This document shows positions 16,174-24,775 of a DNA stretch of 64,000 bases, in pieces. Position numbers and translations under genes: made by a program. The notes below the pieces were generated by a model. It was given only the letters and a program-made list of their open reading frames with translations, did no database searches and was not told where the DNA came from. The stretch spans positions 1-64,000 of IMG/VR virus record IMGVR_UViG_3300020042_009256. One strand, given 5' to 3'. Origin of the DNA: a virus (lineage: Duplodnaviria > Caudoviricetes). Each line of letters opens with the position of its first letter. Within the stretch, counting starts at the first letter, position 1.

Positions 16174-16397
16174 GCAAACACCCGATATGGATTAGTGGGA
16201 GTTACTAAGTATTCATCCCACCCTTGTGGTAAGTTGCCAGCAAAGTTGACGTGCCAGCCATCTAACTCGGGGATCAAGCCAATTACGTCAATAGCGTGCC
16301 CGTGGGTGTAGGCAGTAAGCGTGTTGTCAATCAGAAAACCTGCCTCAGTAGCAGCAGCGGTCCAGGCGGATTCGTTGGGGAAGCGTAGGAAGTTCAT
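16170..16397 (-). CDS. small tail-fibre-associated protein
   Basis: Coupled (ATGA) to the upstream tail gene; GWHVN...W..YLVTPTNPYRVFA. Confidence 0.65.
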   Translation of the reverse strand: MNFLRFPNESAWTAAATEAGFLIDNTLTAYTHGHAIDVIGLIPELDGWHVNFAGNLPQGWDEYLVTPTNPYRVFA

Positions 16398-17698
16398 TGT
16401 GTAATCCGTTGGAGGATGGTGTCGGCAAGGCGGGTGGGCCAGTAGGTGAGGCGTTTGATTGTTGAGTTAAGAATTTGGCTGCTACCACGAGCACCAATGT
16501 CAAGTTGAGAAACAGTTGGCAAAATCACAGCACTGTCAACGGTTATTGCAGATCCATTAGCTGAAACGCCAGAATTATCCGCCTTGTATCCAAATCCAAT
16601 TTGATATTGTTGAGCAGTTAATGTTGGTGTATTTCCAGCAAACGTATCTGTGCCACCAGAAATAACACCAACGTCTAAAACATTTGAAGTGTTAATCGCT
16701 AAACTTATGCGTTCACTGGTAGTACCATTTGAAACGGTAGCAATTTGGTGCGCCACACTAAATGCACGTTCTGCATAGCTTGCAAACAACGTCCCCTCCG
16801 TCTGGTTATAGAAGCTAAAGTTTGACCCGGTAATGCTGGCCACATCTGCGGCGCGGGTTACGGTTGCGGTAGTCGTGGGGATGTAGGAGGTGGCGAAAGC
16901 GCCTTCTTCTACCTGAGCGCCCCAGATGCGCACAGTTGCACCATTGGTGCTGAAAAACGGCCTGAGGCGTATTGTTGTTCCAGTACTTGTGGTAGTTGTC
17001 AAAGTCAAGCGAACCCAGCCATTAAGATAAGGCGTTAATGTTCCACTTGTGCTTGTAAAACCTTCATTAAATGGAGTGCCAATAGGGTTATTTGTGCTTA
17101 AATTAAATTGCACCCGTCCACGAATTCCTGTCGTTCCGTTGTCAAGGGTAACGGTAAATTGTGTTGTTGTACCTTTAACCCACAATGAGGCGGTATATGT
17201 CCGAGCAATTGCGTCTTTTGTAATGCTGTTGTTAATGACTCCAGGACTTGATGTGTTTGTCCAAAGATCCGCCGTCAGCGTACCATCTGGAGCCGTAGAT
17301 TCATTGGGAGTTATTGTGCAGTCGAGTGGTGTCCAATAAGCATTGCTAAAGTCTTCGCTGTATAAACTTAAGTTCGTCCTCGCCTCTTCCACCAGCAGGC
17401 CAAGGCTTTCGCCCGTTGTTGGGTTGTGGTCGAAGCGTGCCTCGTTGGTGGTCGCCGTCTTAATCAACCCATCGCTGCCGACGTACGTGGCGCCGGTCCC
17501 CGGAGGAGTACTGCTGGCGCGGGTAAAACTAACTAAATTCTGATTGGTAACGTTATCAGACAGTGATTTATTTCCGGCAAAATCAAGATCTAATGATGGA
17601 ACAGCTCGAGCATTACGCCACAATTCATTGCGCACCCATGGTCCAGCAAGGACTCCACCAGGTGCAAGACTTGTGCGTAAAGTTCCTAGTCCACGCAT
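16394..17698 (-). CDS. tail/receptor-binding protein with beta-sandwich (CBM/LamG-like) domains
   Basis: SFTRAS..ATYVGSDGLIK...EARFDH.P.TGESLGLLVEEARTNL...WGAQVEEG.FATSYIPTT..VTRAAD motif typical of phage tail proteins; Thr/Ser/Gly-rich. Confidence 0.7.
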   Translation of the reverse strand: MRGLGTLRTSLAPGGVLAGPWVRNELWRNARAVPSLDLDFAGNKSLSDNVTNQNLVSFTRASSTPPGTGATYVGSDGLIKTATTNEARFDHNPTTGESLGLLVEEARTNLSLYSEDFSNAYWTPLDCTITPNESTAPDGTLTADLWTNTSSPGVINNSITKDAIARTYTASLWVKGTTTQFTVTLDNGTTGIRGRVQFNLSTNNPIGTPFNEGFTSTSGTLTPYLNGWVRLTLTTTTSTGTTIRLRPFFSTNGATVRIWGAQVEEGAFATSYIPTTTATVTRAADVASITGSNFSFYNQTEGTLFASYAERAFSVAHQIATVSNGTTSERISLAINTSNVLDVGVISGGTDTFAGNTPTLTAQQYQIGFGYKADNSGVSANGSAITVDSAVILPTVSQLDIGARGSSQILNSTIKRLTYWPTRLADTILQRITQ

Positions 17699-18261
17699 TA
17701 GATCGCAGCCTCCAACGTGCTTACCCGTAACTCAATAGTACTAGCACTAACTGGTGTATAAGCATTACGAGTTTCAATTTCTGCGTAAAATATATTACTA
17801 TTTGTTGCTAATTTAAGTAGCCGTCCTGGGTAATCCAACTGTGTGTATATTGTGCTACCAAGATCTTGTGGGGTTGTTAACTCAAGGTAACCCATATACG
17901 CAGCACGGTCAGCACTTGTTAAATCAAAAGGTGCATTATCTGCTATTGCTGTAGGAGTTGCGTTGTACAGATGCACGCGGAAAGCGCCCATGCCAGCAGG
18001 CACAGTGTTATCACTAAAGATTAATGCTGTAGATTGAATCAATATAAAACCACCAGTGGGCCCAATACCACTTAGTGTAATAATTGCACTGCCAGTAGTG
18101 CTTCCTACAACATCTCCCGCTGTATAGGCAGTGGTATTGCTCGGCCGAGTAATAGTAGAAGTAACTCGGTACGCATTGCCATCAACGGTAAGCGGTTGTC
18201 CGCTAACGGCAGTAACTTTAATTACTTCGTATAACTGAGAATTTTCTCTTACTAACGGCAT
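17698..18261 (-). CDS. putative virion structural protein
   Basis: ITRPSNTTAYTAGDVVG; beta-rich; coupled to the tail gene. Confidence 0.6.
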   Translation of the reverse strand: MPLVRENSQLYEVIKVTAVSGQPLTVDGNAYRVTSTITRPSNTTAYTAGDVVGSTTGSAIITLSGIGPTGGFILIQSTALIFSDNTVPAGMGAFRVHLYNATPTAIADNAPFDLTSADRAAYMGYLELTTPQDLGSTIYTQLDYPGRLLKLATNSNIFYAEIETRNAYTPVSASTIELRVSTLEAAI

Positions 18262-18490
18262 GGTATTTAACTATTTTTTTAATTCTAACAGAAGTTGATC
18301 ATAAGTAAAAGCTTTGTATTGATGCCTTAAAATAATAGAAAGTATCTGTGTTGGCAAAGTGCAAATTCGTTATATCAATGATCTTGGTGATGGAACTTCT
18401 GGCTATGCTGACTACAGTTCATGCATCAATGGACTGGGAAAAAATCTCTAGGTAAGCTTTGGTAAACTAGATAGATAAAGGTATTTGACT

Positions 18491-19045
18491 ATGTATACCC
18501 CCGGTCCTCAACAGTATCAAGTCGCTAAAACTCCCCAGGTTCAACAGGTTCCTCAACCCCAGGACAAACCCAAGGCTCCTGCTAAGTCAAAATCCAACGG
18601 GGACATTGGTGCTTTTATTCAGCAGTGTATTTCTCTTTGTGCTCACCTAGAGGAACTAAGGACACAAGCACACCTTATACATTTAAACTATGAGGCCCCG
18701 AATTTCTTTGGTGTGCATGTATTTTTAAAAGAACAATATGAAGCACATCAAGATCAGTTTGATAAGTTAGGTGAGTTCATACGGTCTATGGATTATCTAA
18801 TGCCTATGTGTGCCAAGGGGTTGGCTGATAACTGTCCTGAATTTAAGAATGTTACTAGCTATAAAGCAAACGATATGTTGATTACGTACTATAAAAACTT
18901 AGAAGATTTTGCCATGCGTTGCAAAAAAGTAGAGGCACTTGCTGCCAAAGCACACGCTATTGATATCCAAAACTATATTGCAGAACTTGCAGGGGAAATT
19001 TTTAAAGCTGCATGGATGGTTAAAGCTACGTTACGTAATAGCTGA
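18491..19045 (+). CDS. dps: Dps/ferritin-like DNA-binding protein
   Basis: HLNYEAPNFFGVH.FL.EQYE...DQFDKLGEFIR retains the H,H,D,E ferroxidase pattern; ends AAWMVKA; Q/P/K-rich N-terminal extension. Confidence 0.8.
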   Translation: MYTPGPQQYQVAKTPQVQQVPQPQDKPKAPAKSKSNGDIGAFIQQCISLCAHLEELRTQAHLIHLNYEAPNFFGVHVFLKEQYEAHQDQFDKLGEFIRSMDYLMPMCAKGLADNCPEFKNVTSYKANDMLITYYKNLEDFAMRCKKVEALAAKAHAIDIQNYIAELAGEIFKAAWMVKATLRNS

Positions 19046-20556
19046 TGGCTGATCTTAAATCTATTCGTCAAAAAGTTGATAATCTACTTACTGATTATTT
19101 ACGTAATACCACAACAGATCAGGAAATTCTTGATTTTTATGGTGAAGGAAATATTATTGGACGCAAAGGAATAGATCCTAATACGGTTGTTGACGAGGCA
19201 GTTAATGCGTATAAATTACCAGGAGAAAGACCACATATTAAACGTGAAATTCCTAAGTCCAATGAACTGTTTGGGTTACCTGGCGGCAAAGCATCTATTG
19301 TTAATATAAACAACGCTATTGACCCAAGGACCGGAAATCCTTGGCAGATGAAATTTGAAACATTACCCTTTCCAGCAGAAGGAACGCCTACAAGTGCTGC
19401 AACTCGTTTTCTAAAAGACTTTCGGGTTCCTACTGGGACAGCTGTTGACTATGGTTTTGAGACTGCGCCAAATGTTAAAGATGTTAATGCTGTGGATATC
19501 AATGAATTAATAAACGATCCAAGGAATTATAAAAATGCTCGTGGTGCTTATTTAGCAGAAGACGCAGGCACTCCACTTTCAGAATCTGGACCATTAACTA
19601 ATTATGCAAAAGAAGAACTTGAAAGAATAAAAGGAAGATCTTCTGCAATAACCCGACCCAATGGACAGCTGGTAACACCACAGTACTGGGGTTCACGCGG
19701 ATTTGAAACACCTGATAAATTAAAACAAGCAACACTTGATACTTTTAAAGAACAAATTTCACAAACTGAAAAACCTTTCGGTTCTGTTTCACAATTAACT
19801 CCTGTAAAAGAAAACGCAAAAACACTTCGACCGGGAGGTGATGCTGACTGGAGAGCTAACGTATATGAAAAGGCTGGCTTGGCAGGGCCAATGACAGACG
19901 TGCATGTTGCCGGTGCTTATGGAGGATCTTCTGGTAACGTGCAAATGTTTACCAAAGGAAAAGACAGATTACTTCCAATTCAACCATACACAGAGTTTTA
20001 TGGATTTGATCCATCAAAACCAAGTGCTTTAGGTACTGCTCCAGCACCAGATTTTACACCTTTTCAAAAAGCTGTTGGCACTAGAAACTATTTAATTGGT
20101 AAGAATATTTTAGCAGGCCGTGGATCCTTGGGTGCACCGGTACGTGCTGTACAAGCAACGCCTTCCGCTCTACGTTTGTCTGTTAAACCAGCAACTAAAG
20201 CGTTGTTAATTGACGCAGGTATTAACTACGTTTTGGGTGCGTCCCCACAAGAAGCAATTGTTACTGCAGGAACTGATTTAATTAGTGCTGAAAGTTTAGG
20301 TGGTGCACAAACAGCAGCAATTGAACGCATGGGTCCTAGAGGAGAGTTTGTAGACACACGCAGTAATACTGTATTGGGGCCTCAAGGTGCTTATACAAAA
20401 ACAGGTATTGCTTATAAAAACGGCAAGCCTATTGTTGTTCCCAGGGGTTCTGTTGCTGGTGAAGGCAATATCCTTACGCAAACTCAAGACACATTAAAAA
20501 ATGCTGCTAGCGTTTGGCGTAAACGGTTAGGTGCTCTTGGTATTTTTGGTCGTTAA
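19045..20556 (+). CDS. hypothetical 503-aa protein
   Basis: Long ORF coupled to dps by TGATG; no recognisable family. Confidence 0.8.
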   Translation: MADLKSIRQKVDNLLTDYLRNTTTDQEILDFYGEGNIIGRKGIDPNTVVDEAVNAYKLPGERPHIKREIPKSNELFGLPGGKASIVNINNAIDPRTGNPWQMKFETLPFPAEGTPTSAATRFLKDFRVPTGTAVDYGFETAPNVKDVNAVDINELINDPRNYKNARGAYLAEDAGTPLSESGPLTNYAKEELERIKGRSSAITRPNGQLVTPQYWGSRGFETPDKLKQATLDTFKEQISQTEKPFGSVSQLTPVKENAKTLRPGGDADWRANVYEKAGLAGPMTDVHVAGAYGGSSGNVQMFTKGKDRLLPIQPYTEFYGFDPSKPSALGTAPAPDFTPFQKAVGTRNYLIGKNILAGRGSLGAPVRAVQATPSALRLSVKPATKALLIDAGINYVLGASPQEAIVTAGTDLISAESLGGAQTAAIERMGPRGEFVDTRSNTVLGPQGAYTKTGIAYKNGKPIVVPRGSVAGEGNILTQTQDTLKNAASVWRKRLGALGIFGR

Positions 20557-20807
20557 TCTATCCAGTGTTCTAGCCTGTGGCAGTTGCAGCAAAGCGGAAT
20601 ACACTTCTCAATTTCTTTTTGTATTCGGTCCCAGCTGTATCCTTGATTGACCATTTTGGATATGGTGAAATCTTTATCGCCTATATGGTGAAACTCAAGG
20701 ACGCGATGATCGGCTAACTCACAGTGGTCGCAACTTAAAGTTTTTTTGTACGCAAGAAACTCTTGACGATTCCGCTCAATACGTTTTCGATTCTGCGTCC
20801 AGGTCAT
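20553..20807 (-). CDS. small HNH endonuclease-like protein
   Basis: CDHC...LEFHH...EIEKCIPLCCNCHRLEH. Confidence 0.75.
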   Translation of the reverse strand: MTWTQNRKRIERNRQEFLAYKKTLSCDHCELADHRVLEFHHIGDKDFTISKMVNQGYSWDRIQKEIEKCIPLCCNCHRLEHWID

Positions 20808-20812
20808 CTAAG

Positions 20813-20964
20813 AATGTAAAGGGCGACCCCAAACTTCTGGGCGGGATACATTTAATGCAGTTATCCTAGCTGCACCCTTTATATTTTGGGACCTCCTTCT
20901 AGACTATGGGTCTAACGAGTACCCCGGCCTGATACTAATGCATAGCAGGCACACAGTTATTATA
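20813..20964 (-). ncRNA. putative structured leader/ncRNA upstream of HNH with its own -10 box
   Basis: TATAAT (20959-64, - strand), then GCCTG/CAGGC, TAGAC/GTCTA, TGCAG/CTGCA and TAAAGGG/CCCTTTA stems. Confidence 0.4.
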
Positions 20965-21631
20965 CAATTTCATTAGGTGTTTTCCAAAAGTAATCATCTT
21001 GTTCTCCAAGGCGACCCCACTTGGGGGCGTGTTCTACATCAAAGTAACGAGTGGATACTTTAAAGTCAGGCGTCTTAAGGTTGTGATTAGTCAAAGATGG
21101 GTCACACATGCGGCAACGATTGTTGGGATAAGCACCAATCTGCCCATTATTCAAGGCCACAATATTGTGGGACTTGTGCTCATCAGGGAACTCGGCAAAG
21201 TAAAAGTCAGGTTCGTTGCGGTGAGCATGATAGTTGTCAATCGTAAACAAATACGATCCTTTTTGAATGCCTGCGCTACGGGTCATCACCTGAATTTCCA
21301 TGTTGTAGATCAGGTTTTTCTCAATGACCGTCAAGCCTGTGTCAAATCCATTCCAAAATTGAAGATCAGTTAATTCAAGATCTGGTGTGGGTGGGTTGGG
21401 TTTGTCCGGATGGTCTGACTCCCAGGACAAAAACGCACTGATGGGCAGCTTGTCATACAGCGCACCATACTCGGTTAGGTAGGTTTCAAAATATAAAGCA
21501 CGACCACTGAGTGATTTACATGTAACCCAATAGCCTGGGGTGTATTCACCATGGCCATCCTGCAAGTCACGTAGGTACTCACGTCGTACCCACACTTTGA
21601 CGGGCGGTACATTTGCAACAAGTGTGGTCAT
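20960..21631 (-). CDS. conserved phage hypothetical protein
   Basis: LVANVPPVKVWVRREYL.D...GHGEYTPG.W..KSL.GRALYFE...YGALYDKLPISAF recalled from cyanophage proteins. Confidence 0.8.
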   Translation of the reverse strand: MTTLVANVPPVKVWVRREYLRDLQDGHGEYTPGYWVTCKSLSGRALYFETYLTEYGALYDKLPISAFLSWESDHPDKPNPPTPDLELTDLQFWNGFDTGLTVIEKNLIYNMEIQVMTRSAGIQKGSYLFTIDNYHAHRNEPDFYFAEFPDEHKSHNIVALNNGQIGAYPNNRCRMCDPSLTNHNLKTPDFKVSTRYFDVEHAPKWGRLGEQDDYFWKTPNEIV

Positions 21632-21671
21632 GAATTGTGAGTAACTGACGGAAGTCTAACTGACGCGCAAC

Positions 21672-21696
21672 AAAAAACCCTGGTTCAGGCCAGGGT
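21672..21696 (-). terminator. rho-independent terminator
   Basis: - strand ACCCTGG-CCTGAA-CCAGGGT-TTTTTG. Confidence 0.75.
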
Positions 21697-21706
21697 AAAT
21701 AAACAA

Positions 21707-21766
21707 TCCACACCCGCCCCTTTCGGAGCACTCTTCTGTGTAAGGTGGAACGGACTCGACTGTCCG
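21707..21766 (-). ncRNA. structured 3' element or small RNA
   Basis: - strand CGGAC/GUCCG hairpin; UCCAC/GUGGA stem enclosing GCUCC-GAAA-GGGGC (GNRA loop; U-G pair only on - strand). Confidence 0.45.
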
Positions 21767-21781
21767 CGTAGAAAGTTTAAC

Positions 21782-21949
21782 TTATTTTTTCTTGGGCGGC
21801 ATAGCTTTCTTAGCTGGCACTGCTCCCTTCTTGGGAGGCACTGCACCTTTCTTAGGCGGTACAGCTTCTTTCTTGCCACCTTTCTCAGGGGCTGCTTTAC
21901 CGGCGGGGACCATACCTTTGCCGGGAACAAACTTTTTACCTTCAGCCAT
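21782..21949 (-). CDS. 55-aa Lys/Pro/Ala-rich histone-H1-like peptide
   Basis: MAEGKKFVPGKGMVPAGKAAPEKGGKKEAVPPKKGAVPPKKGAVPAKKAMPPKKK; TATAAT upstream at 21972-77; not in track. Confidence 0.75.
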   Translation of the reverse strand: MAEGKKFVPGKGMVPAGKAAPEKGGKKEAVPPKKGAVPPKKGAVPAKKAMPPKKK

Positions 21950-21984
21950 GGTTAAAAATATATCTTTTGTAATTATAGATTGAA

Positions 21985-22194
21985 TTACTTACTCTTGTAA
22001 CGTTTGGCTGCACGTGCTGCACGACCTGCTTTCTTGGCGGCATCTGTGTTGGAAACAAATTGTTTTCCTTCACGACTAGCAGCGCGTTTCTTTTGATCTG
22101 TCTCTTGACGTTCTTTTTTTGACAATGAGGCCCAAGCTTTTTCTGGTAGGTAACGTTTGGTATATCCACCTTGTATAGCCTTATCACTTGCCAT
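21985..22194 (-). CDS. basic protein, C-terminal half of DUF5872-like family
   Basis: TKRYLPEKAWASLS..E...TDQKKR..S..GKQFVSNT. Confidence 0.7.
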   Translation of the reverse strand: MASDKAIQGGYTKRYLPEKAWASLSKKERQETDQKKRAASREGKQFVSNTDAAKKAGRAARAAKRYKSK

Positions 22195-22465
22195 CTTTAT
22201 ACCTCTTGGCTGCAGCTTTAGCTTTACCGCGTTTCTCGTACTCGTCTTTGGTTTGCCACTTTTCTTTACCCCACTTCTCTAAAGATTTCTGTTCTTCTCC
22301 CTTGCCTCCTTTGTATCCACCGCCTGCCTTTTCGTATTCCTGGGCCACAAGTTGAGCCTTGCGTGCAGACCACTGACCTGGCTTACCCCCTTTGGAGCCA
22401 GCCATCACACGATCTTTAATGTTCTCGCGTAACTCAGGTTTTGTATATTTATTTTCCTGAGACAT
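22184..22465 (-). CDS. DUF5872-like protein
   Basis: KYTKPELRE.IK...AGSKGGKPGQWSARKAQL.AQEYEKAGGGYKG. Confidence 0.75.
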   Translation of the reverse strand: MSQENKYTKPELRENIKDRVMAGSKGGKPGQWSARKAQLVAQEYEKAGGGYKGGKGEEQKSLEKWGKEKWQTKDEYEKRGKAKAAAKRYKDGK

Positions 22466-22503
22466 CAGGATTGTTTTCTTTTTCCTTTAGTATTTTAACT
22501 CAG

Positions 22504-22707
22504 CTATTGGTTGGTGTTACGCTCTTGAGCTTTATGAAATTTCTCCATAATGTCTTCAATTTGCTCCAGGGATTCGAGCCGCATTAAGATATCGGAAAGG
22601 GTGTTGATGGTAATAGGGTGTTCAGCGCGAGCAGCGAATGCCAACGCATCACGTAAGCAATCGGTAGCTGCGTGCACGGATTCTTTTACTTGATTTGAAA
22701 GCGCCAT
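22504..22707 (-). CDS. conserved cyanophage hypothetical protein
   Basis: MALSNQVKESV..A..CLRDALAFAARAEHP. Confidence 0.65.
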   Translation of the reverse strand: MALSNQVKESVHAATDCLRDALAFAARAEHPITINTLSDILMRLESLEQIEDIMEKFHKAQERNTNQ

Positions 22708-22840
22708 TTCAGATTGTTTGGGTGCTCTCAGTATAGGGCCTGCAATAAACATGTGTATCCTGTTGGCTACATTTATTATGGCAGTGTTAAAAATAAAAAC
22801 AAACCGTTAAAACCGTACTTGGATTTTTGGTTTGTACTAT

Positions 22841-23569
22841 TTAATTTCCCAGGTGGATCAGCGGTAAGTTGTACAGACCAATGCGGTTGTAATCACGTAA
22901 ACCAAATTCATAACAGATGTTGGTCGTATCGCAGTCCCAAGTTTTGGTCAAGGGGTTGATACCTGAGAAACGTGCGCCTTCAATAAAAGGTTCTGCGTTA
23001 TACACACAGAAACAATTAAAAGTTGCGGCAACTTCTAGTCGGGGTGGCATATCAAAAATACGTGGGCCTCTAAAACCTGTATCAGATGATACAAGACGTG
23101 TTGCCCAGCTGTCATAAATCCAACGATGGTTTTGTACATCCATGGGATGCAAGCTATATGGAGATGCGATGTCATCGTCTGTAGTAAGGAGACAACTTAG
23201 CTGGTTTGCATTGTATTGAATGTCTGGTTCAATAAATAAAATTTTGTTATAAGAGGAAAGATCATCGACCTGTTCTAGGCAGCGGTTACGTGCTTTTGCT
23301 AAATAACAAACCCTATCCTCTGCTTGAATTGAACCAAAATATGGCCAGTTCTCTGTGGAGGAAGTGATCCAAACATTGCCTAACTGTTGTTTAAAAATTG
23401 ATTGGTTCTCGTACAGGTAAGCCGGAGATTCGTCTGTTGAATCATTTTCAAATACCGATAGATCAAAAGTGATCTCTGGGTTCCTAGCTTGAAGAGCAAA
23501 AATTTGTTTCTGCCATTTTGCCAGGAAGGGTTCCCGATTCCGGATGATGGTGCAAATTAAGATACGCAT
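22841..23569 (-). CDS. glycosyltransferase-like protein (GT-A fold)
   Basis: ILICTIIRN....ENDSTD...LAKARNRCL...ILFIEPDI; adjacent to nucleotide-sugar genes. Confidence 0.55.
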   Translation of the reverse strand: MRILICTIIRNREPFLAKWQKQIFALQARNPEITFDLSVFENDSTDESPAYLYENQSIFKQQLGNVWITSSTENWPYFGSIQAEDRVCYLAKARNRCLEQVDDLSSYNKILFIEPDIQYNANQLSCLLTTDDDIASPYSLHPMDVQNHRWIYDSWATRLVSSDTGFRGPRIFDMPPRLEVAATFNCFCVYNAEPFIEGARFSGINPLTKTWDCDTTNICYEFGLRDYNRIGLYNLPLIHLGN

Positions 23570-24732
23570 TCGTCTAGCTCCTTGGATAACTCGTTAATGT
23601 CTGACGGTTTGATGAAATGGTTATTGCCAATATAAAAAGAATGGGTGTGCATCTTTTCACTATTGGGAAGAGCAATTAATGATTCATAATCTTTCATGAA
23701 GGGTTGACGTAGCAAGTTGCCAACAAGAAAAGGTCTTGTCTCAATGCCCATGTATTGGAGAAGTGGTTTTAATTTTTTAACTACTTTAGCATCTTTACAA
23801 TGAAATGGTAGAGTCATTGCTGAGTTACCAAGGGGTATAGGTAAGGTATCAAACCAGGGTTTCTTGGTCATCTCCTCATAGAAAACACGATAGTTTTTAT
23901 TGCGTTGAGCATTCCATCGATCTAATTTTTGTAGTTGAACAAGTCCTAGAACTGCACCTGTTTCTACATTGCGGAAATTGTAACCTTTGGTTGGGAATAA
24001 AAAGGTTGGATCAATGTCCGGATTGTCTGCCTTGATAATCTTTTGGTAGTCAGGTGTGGTTTCCCTAGATAAACCATGGGAGCGCTTAGCACGTAACAAA
24101 TTGTAAAGATCTTTATCTTTGACGCAAACCATGCCGCCTTCAATGGTGGTCATGTGATGACCAAAGTAAAAGGAGAAGGTAGAGCCGATGCCTGTGTTAC
24201 CAACTTTGACATTGGTTTTTTGGTCGCGGGCACCATGGGATTCGCAACAATCTTCCAAGATGATTGTGTTGGGCCACAGTGCTGCAATCCGCCCCATGTC
24301 ATTGGAGATTCCTAAGATGTGAGTTAGATAGATAATGTCTGGTACTAGTCCCTTCTCGGAAAGAGCAGTTACTGATTCAACGGTTGGGCTATAGGTTTCG
24401 TAGTCAATGTCATAAAAATACACATTGTGTTTTTGCTGGCAGAAGGTTGAGATATTTGTTGCCCAGTTAATGGCTGGTGCAAAGATTGTTAACTTTTCTT
24501 TTGTTGGAAAGTGTTTTTCTTTTACGGCATCTAGGAGGAGGAAGTTTGCTACGGAACCGTTGGCTACATACAGGGAGTATGGGGAGCCTTGCCACTTACT
24601 CCATTGCTCTTCAAACTCCCGACACTTGGGGCCATTGGTAAAACGATCACTGGTTGCAATAAATTTGATTAGTGCCAGGCGCTCTTCTAGGCCTACGGTA
24701 TTTTTTTGAAGAGGCCAATTAAATTTAGACAT
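23557..24732 (-). CDS. DegT-family PLP enzyme, ColD-like GDP-4-keto-6-deoxymannose 3-dehydratase
   Basis: NGSVAN, LEDCCESHGA, SFYFGHHMTTIEGG (His instead of the Schiff-base Lys), GYNFR, GIETRP..GN. Confidence 0.75.
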   Translation of the reverse strand: MSKFNWPLQKNTVGLEERLALIKFIATSDRFTNGPKCREFEEQWSKWQGSPYSLYVANGSVANFLLLDAVKEKHFPTKEKLTIFAPAINWATNISTFCQQKHNVYFYDIDYETYSPTVESVTALSEKGLVPDIIYLTHILGISNDMGRIAALWPNTIILEDCCESHGARDQKTNVKVGNTGIGSTFSFYFGHHMTTIEGGMVCVKDKDLYNLLRAKRSHGLSRETTPDYQKIIKADNPDIDPTFLFPTKGYNFRNVETGAVLGLVQLQKLDRWNAQRNKNYRVFYEEMTKKPWFDTLPIPLGNSAMTLPFHCKDAKVVKKLKPLLQYMGIETRPFLVGNLLRQPFMKDYESLIALPNSEKMHTHSFYIGNNHFIKPSDINELSKELDECVS

Positions 24733-24775
24733 AACCCAAAATCCTTTTATAAACTATAGTGTAAAAAACAATTAA

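Noticed and set aside
20553-20964. IscB/HEARO or TnpB system
   Set aside because: The protein is only 84 aa, with no RuvC or PLMP domain and no transposon ends; kept only as a loose analogy
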